Shown: positions 16,065-17,279 of the stretch, in pieces
Layout: every line of letters begins with the position of its first letter
Position numbering within the stretch: the first letter of the stretch is position 1
From: Candidatus Undinarchaeota archaeon
GTDB taxonomy: Archaea > SpSt-1190 > JASMDC01
DNA length: 17,279 nt
NCBI GenBank assembly: GCA_964519305.1
Contig: CAZFHY010000025.1
Span: 1 to 17,279 of the forward strand
Reading direction: 5' to 3'
Program-made: the position numbers and the translations under genes
The notes under the pieces: generated by a model
The model's input: only the letters and a program-made list of their open reading frames with translations
Database searches by the model: none
Told to the model about the DNA's origin: nothing

Positions 16065-16889
16065 ATGAGAAGGAACCATATTATATTCACGTTTGTAGTG
16101 CTCGCATCGATCATCGCGAGCGGTTGTGTCACAGGTAGGCTCCTGTCCGATGTCAAGTACATCGAATGCGGTGACAAGGAGAGCTATAGTATAGCGCTCG
16201 CAAAGTCGATCTCCGTGTCAAAGTCCTGTGACTACTGTTTCGGTGCCCTTATGCAGTCGGACCAGCAAACGGAATGCTTCAAGACCAGTGCCAGCATCCC
16301 GACGCTCAGCGGATCGAAAGATGTCCCGGCGGGCCATAAGTACTATCAGCACCTCTCCAACCGTGAAGAGGAATGGAGCGTGTGCGACATAGAAGATAAC
16401 GATGATATGAAGCTCAAGTGCGGATGTTGCCTCATCGCGAGCAGGGAAAACCGGTTCGAGACGGGGCGTGGGTGCTTCAAGCTCACGTCCACAGGTTATA
16501 TCAAAGGGACCGAAAGGACCGCTGATGTCCCTGAATCAGCATACTTCGACCAAGGACGCTGCAAGGGAATCGCTGTCGGCAAGAAGCTGTACAAGACCAC
16601 GACGACCGCTGGCAGTGAACTGAAGCGTGCGATCAACAGCGACTTCTCCCATATACCTGGCCACGTGGCCTCCGCGCAAGTGGCGAAGTACCTCCAGGTG
16701 GACAAGGACCACCACGACGGAGACTGGACGTCATGGAGTGAGAGCGGCGAGTACCCACCGGACGGCCGAGCGCTCCAAGCGGTCAAGTTCATCGAGGCCA
16801 ATTACCAGGAATCGGCCATGCCCCATCACATGCTGGCAACCGACCTTGCACGGGTCGTCCAGGCATGGGAACAGGGTATGCTCAACTAG
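16065..16889 (+). CDS. Putative Cys-rich lipoprotein, paralog 4 of 4, with ~100-aa C-terminal extra domain (274 aa)
   Basis: Track start 16047. ATG 16065, 1 nt after the paralog 3 stop, gives MRRNHIIFTFVVLASIIASGC. The 10-Cys scaffold ends at GRCK and is followed by a Cys-free extension. Confidence 0.87.
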   Translation: MRRNHIIFTFVVLASIIASGCVTGRLLSDVKYIECGDKESYSIALAKSISVSKSCDYCFGALMQSDQQTECFKTSASIPTLSGSKDVPAGHKYYQHLSNREEEWSVCDIEDNDDMKLKCGCCLIASRENRFETGRGCFKLTSTGYIKGTERTADVPESAYFDQGRCKGIAVGKKLYKTTTTAGSELKRAINSDFSHIPGHVASAQVAKYLQVDKDHHDGDWTSWSESGEYPPDGRALQAVKFIEANYQESAMPHHMLATDLARVVQAWEQGMLN

Positions 16890-16968
16890 AGCTGCTTCGG
16901 ACCTCGGACGGGCTCATATGATCAATCTCGACAGTCATTATGCCCGAAGATAGGTCTGCCTTCAAGAT

Positions 16969-16995
16969 AGAATAAAAGGGCGCGGTATGCGCCCT
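16969..16995 (-). terminator. Putative hairpin plus T-rich terminator for the minus-strand gene ending at 17017
   Basis: The minus strand reads AGGGCGC-ATACC-GCGCCCT-TTTATTCT (7-bp GC-rich stem at 16977-16995), 21 nt downstream of the stop and between convergent genes. Confidence 0.55.
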
Positions 16996-17016
16996 GAAAT
17001 CTCCTATGCTACACTC

Positions 17017-17279
17017 TTACATGAGGCCGAAGAGCTTCTTGATCTGGTCTAGGAAGATCCAGATAAGACCCTTCGAGTAGTCCTCTCCGAAGAAGTCGCA
17101 GATGTTCTTGTAGTTGTAGAACAGGATGAAGAAGATGATCAGGATCGCGATCGTGGCGATCATCACCTTGTCATGAAGGATGGCGTCAAGGAGGTCCTCC
17201 TCCTCACCCCAGTCCTCTTCTTCTTCCTCTTCTTCTTCCTCTTCTTCTTCCTCTTCTTCTTCCTCTTCTTCTTCCTCTT
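17017..17279 (-). CDS. Partial (5'-truncated) membrane protein with a poly-Glu tract before a C-terminal TM helix
   Basis: The minus strand reads E(21+)DWGEEEDLLDAILHDKVMIATIAILIIFFILFYNYKNICDFFGEDYSKGLIWIFLDQIKKLFGLM*, with TAA at 17017-17019. Not in the ORF track. Confidence 0.78.
   Translation of the reverse strand, partial: EEEEEEEEEEEEEEEEEEEEEDWGEEEDLLDAILHDKVMIATIAILIIFFILFYNYKNICDFFGEDYSKGLIWIFLDQIKKLFGLM
17215..17279 (-). repeat. Perfect 12-bp tandem repeat (plus strand CTCTTCTTCTTC, 5 copies plus a partial) encoding poly-Glu
   Basis: The unit starts at 17215, 17227, 17239, 17251 and 17263, with a partial copy at 17275, and runs off the window end. Confidence 0.9.

Noticed and set aside
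2957-16889. Frequent TAG stops as evidence of amber recoding
   Set aside because: TAG ends both ATPases at their expected C-termini and ends other genes just before the next gene. No pyl genes or TAG-interrupted conserved genes are seen.
14430-16889. Diversity-generating retroelement or toxin-immunity cassette explanation for the array
   Set aside because: No reverse transcriptase, no near-identical template/variable repeat pair with adenine-specific differences, and no recognisable toxin domain occur in the window.

Overview
GC-rich, gene-dense window with archaeal-type signals: BRE/TATA boxes about 25-35 nt before several start codons, xAGC lipobox signal peptides, and a COG1361-like gene inside an ABC operon. 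Left to right it holds: (1) the 3' end of a Gln-rich repeat protein; (2) two convergent, paralogous P2A-type cation ATPases with SPCA/PMR1-like M5/M6 motifs; (3) a minus-strand three-gene cluster of large, exported or membrane-anchored Cys-rich proteins of unknown function; (4) a minus-strand MacB/LolD-type ABC operon whose S-layer-like accessory protein ends in a TM helix, a coiled coil and a probable OB-fold; (5) divergently, a tandem array of four paralogous putative lipoproteins sharing a 10-Cys scaffold (CxxC...CGCC) that I do not recognise; and (6) the 3' end of a poly-Glu membrane protein. The best candidate for an undescribed system is the lipoprotein array plus the divergent ABC/surface-protein genes. 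I saw no RNA genes, CRISPR arrays or mobile elements. All family assignments come from reading motifs by eye, not from database searches.
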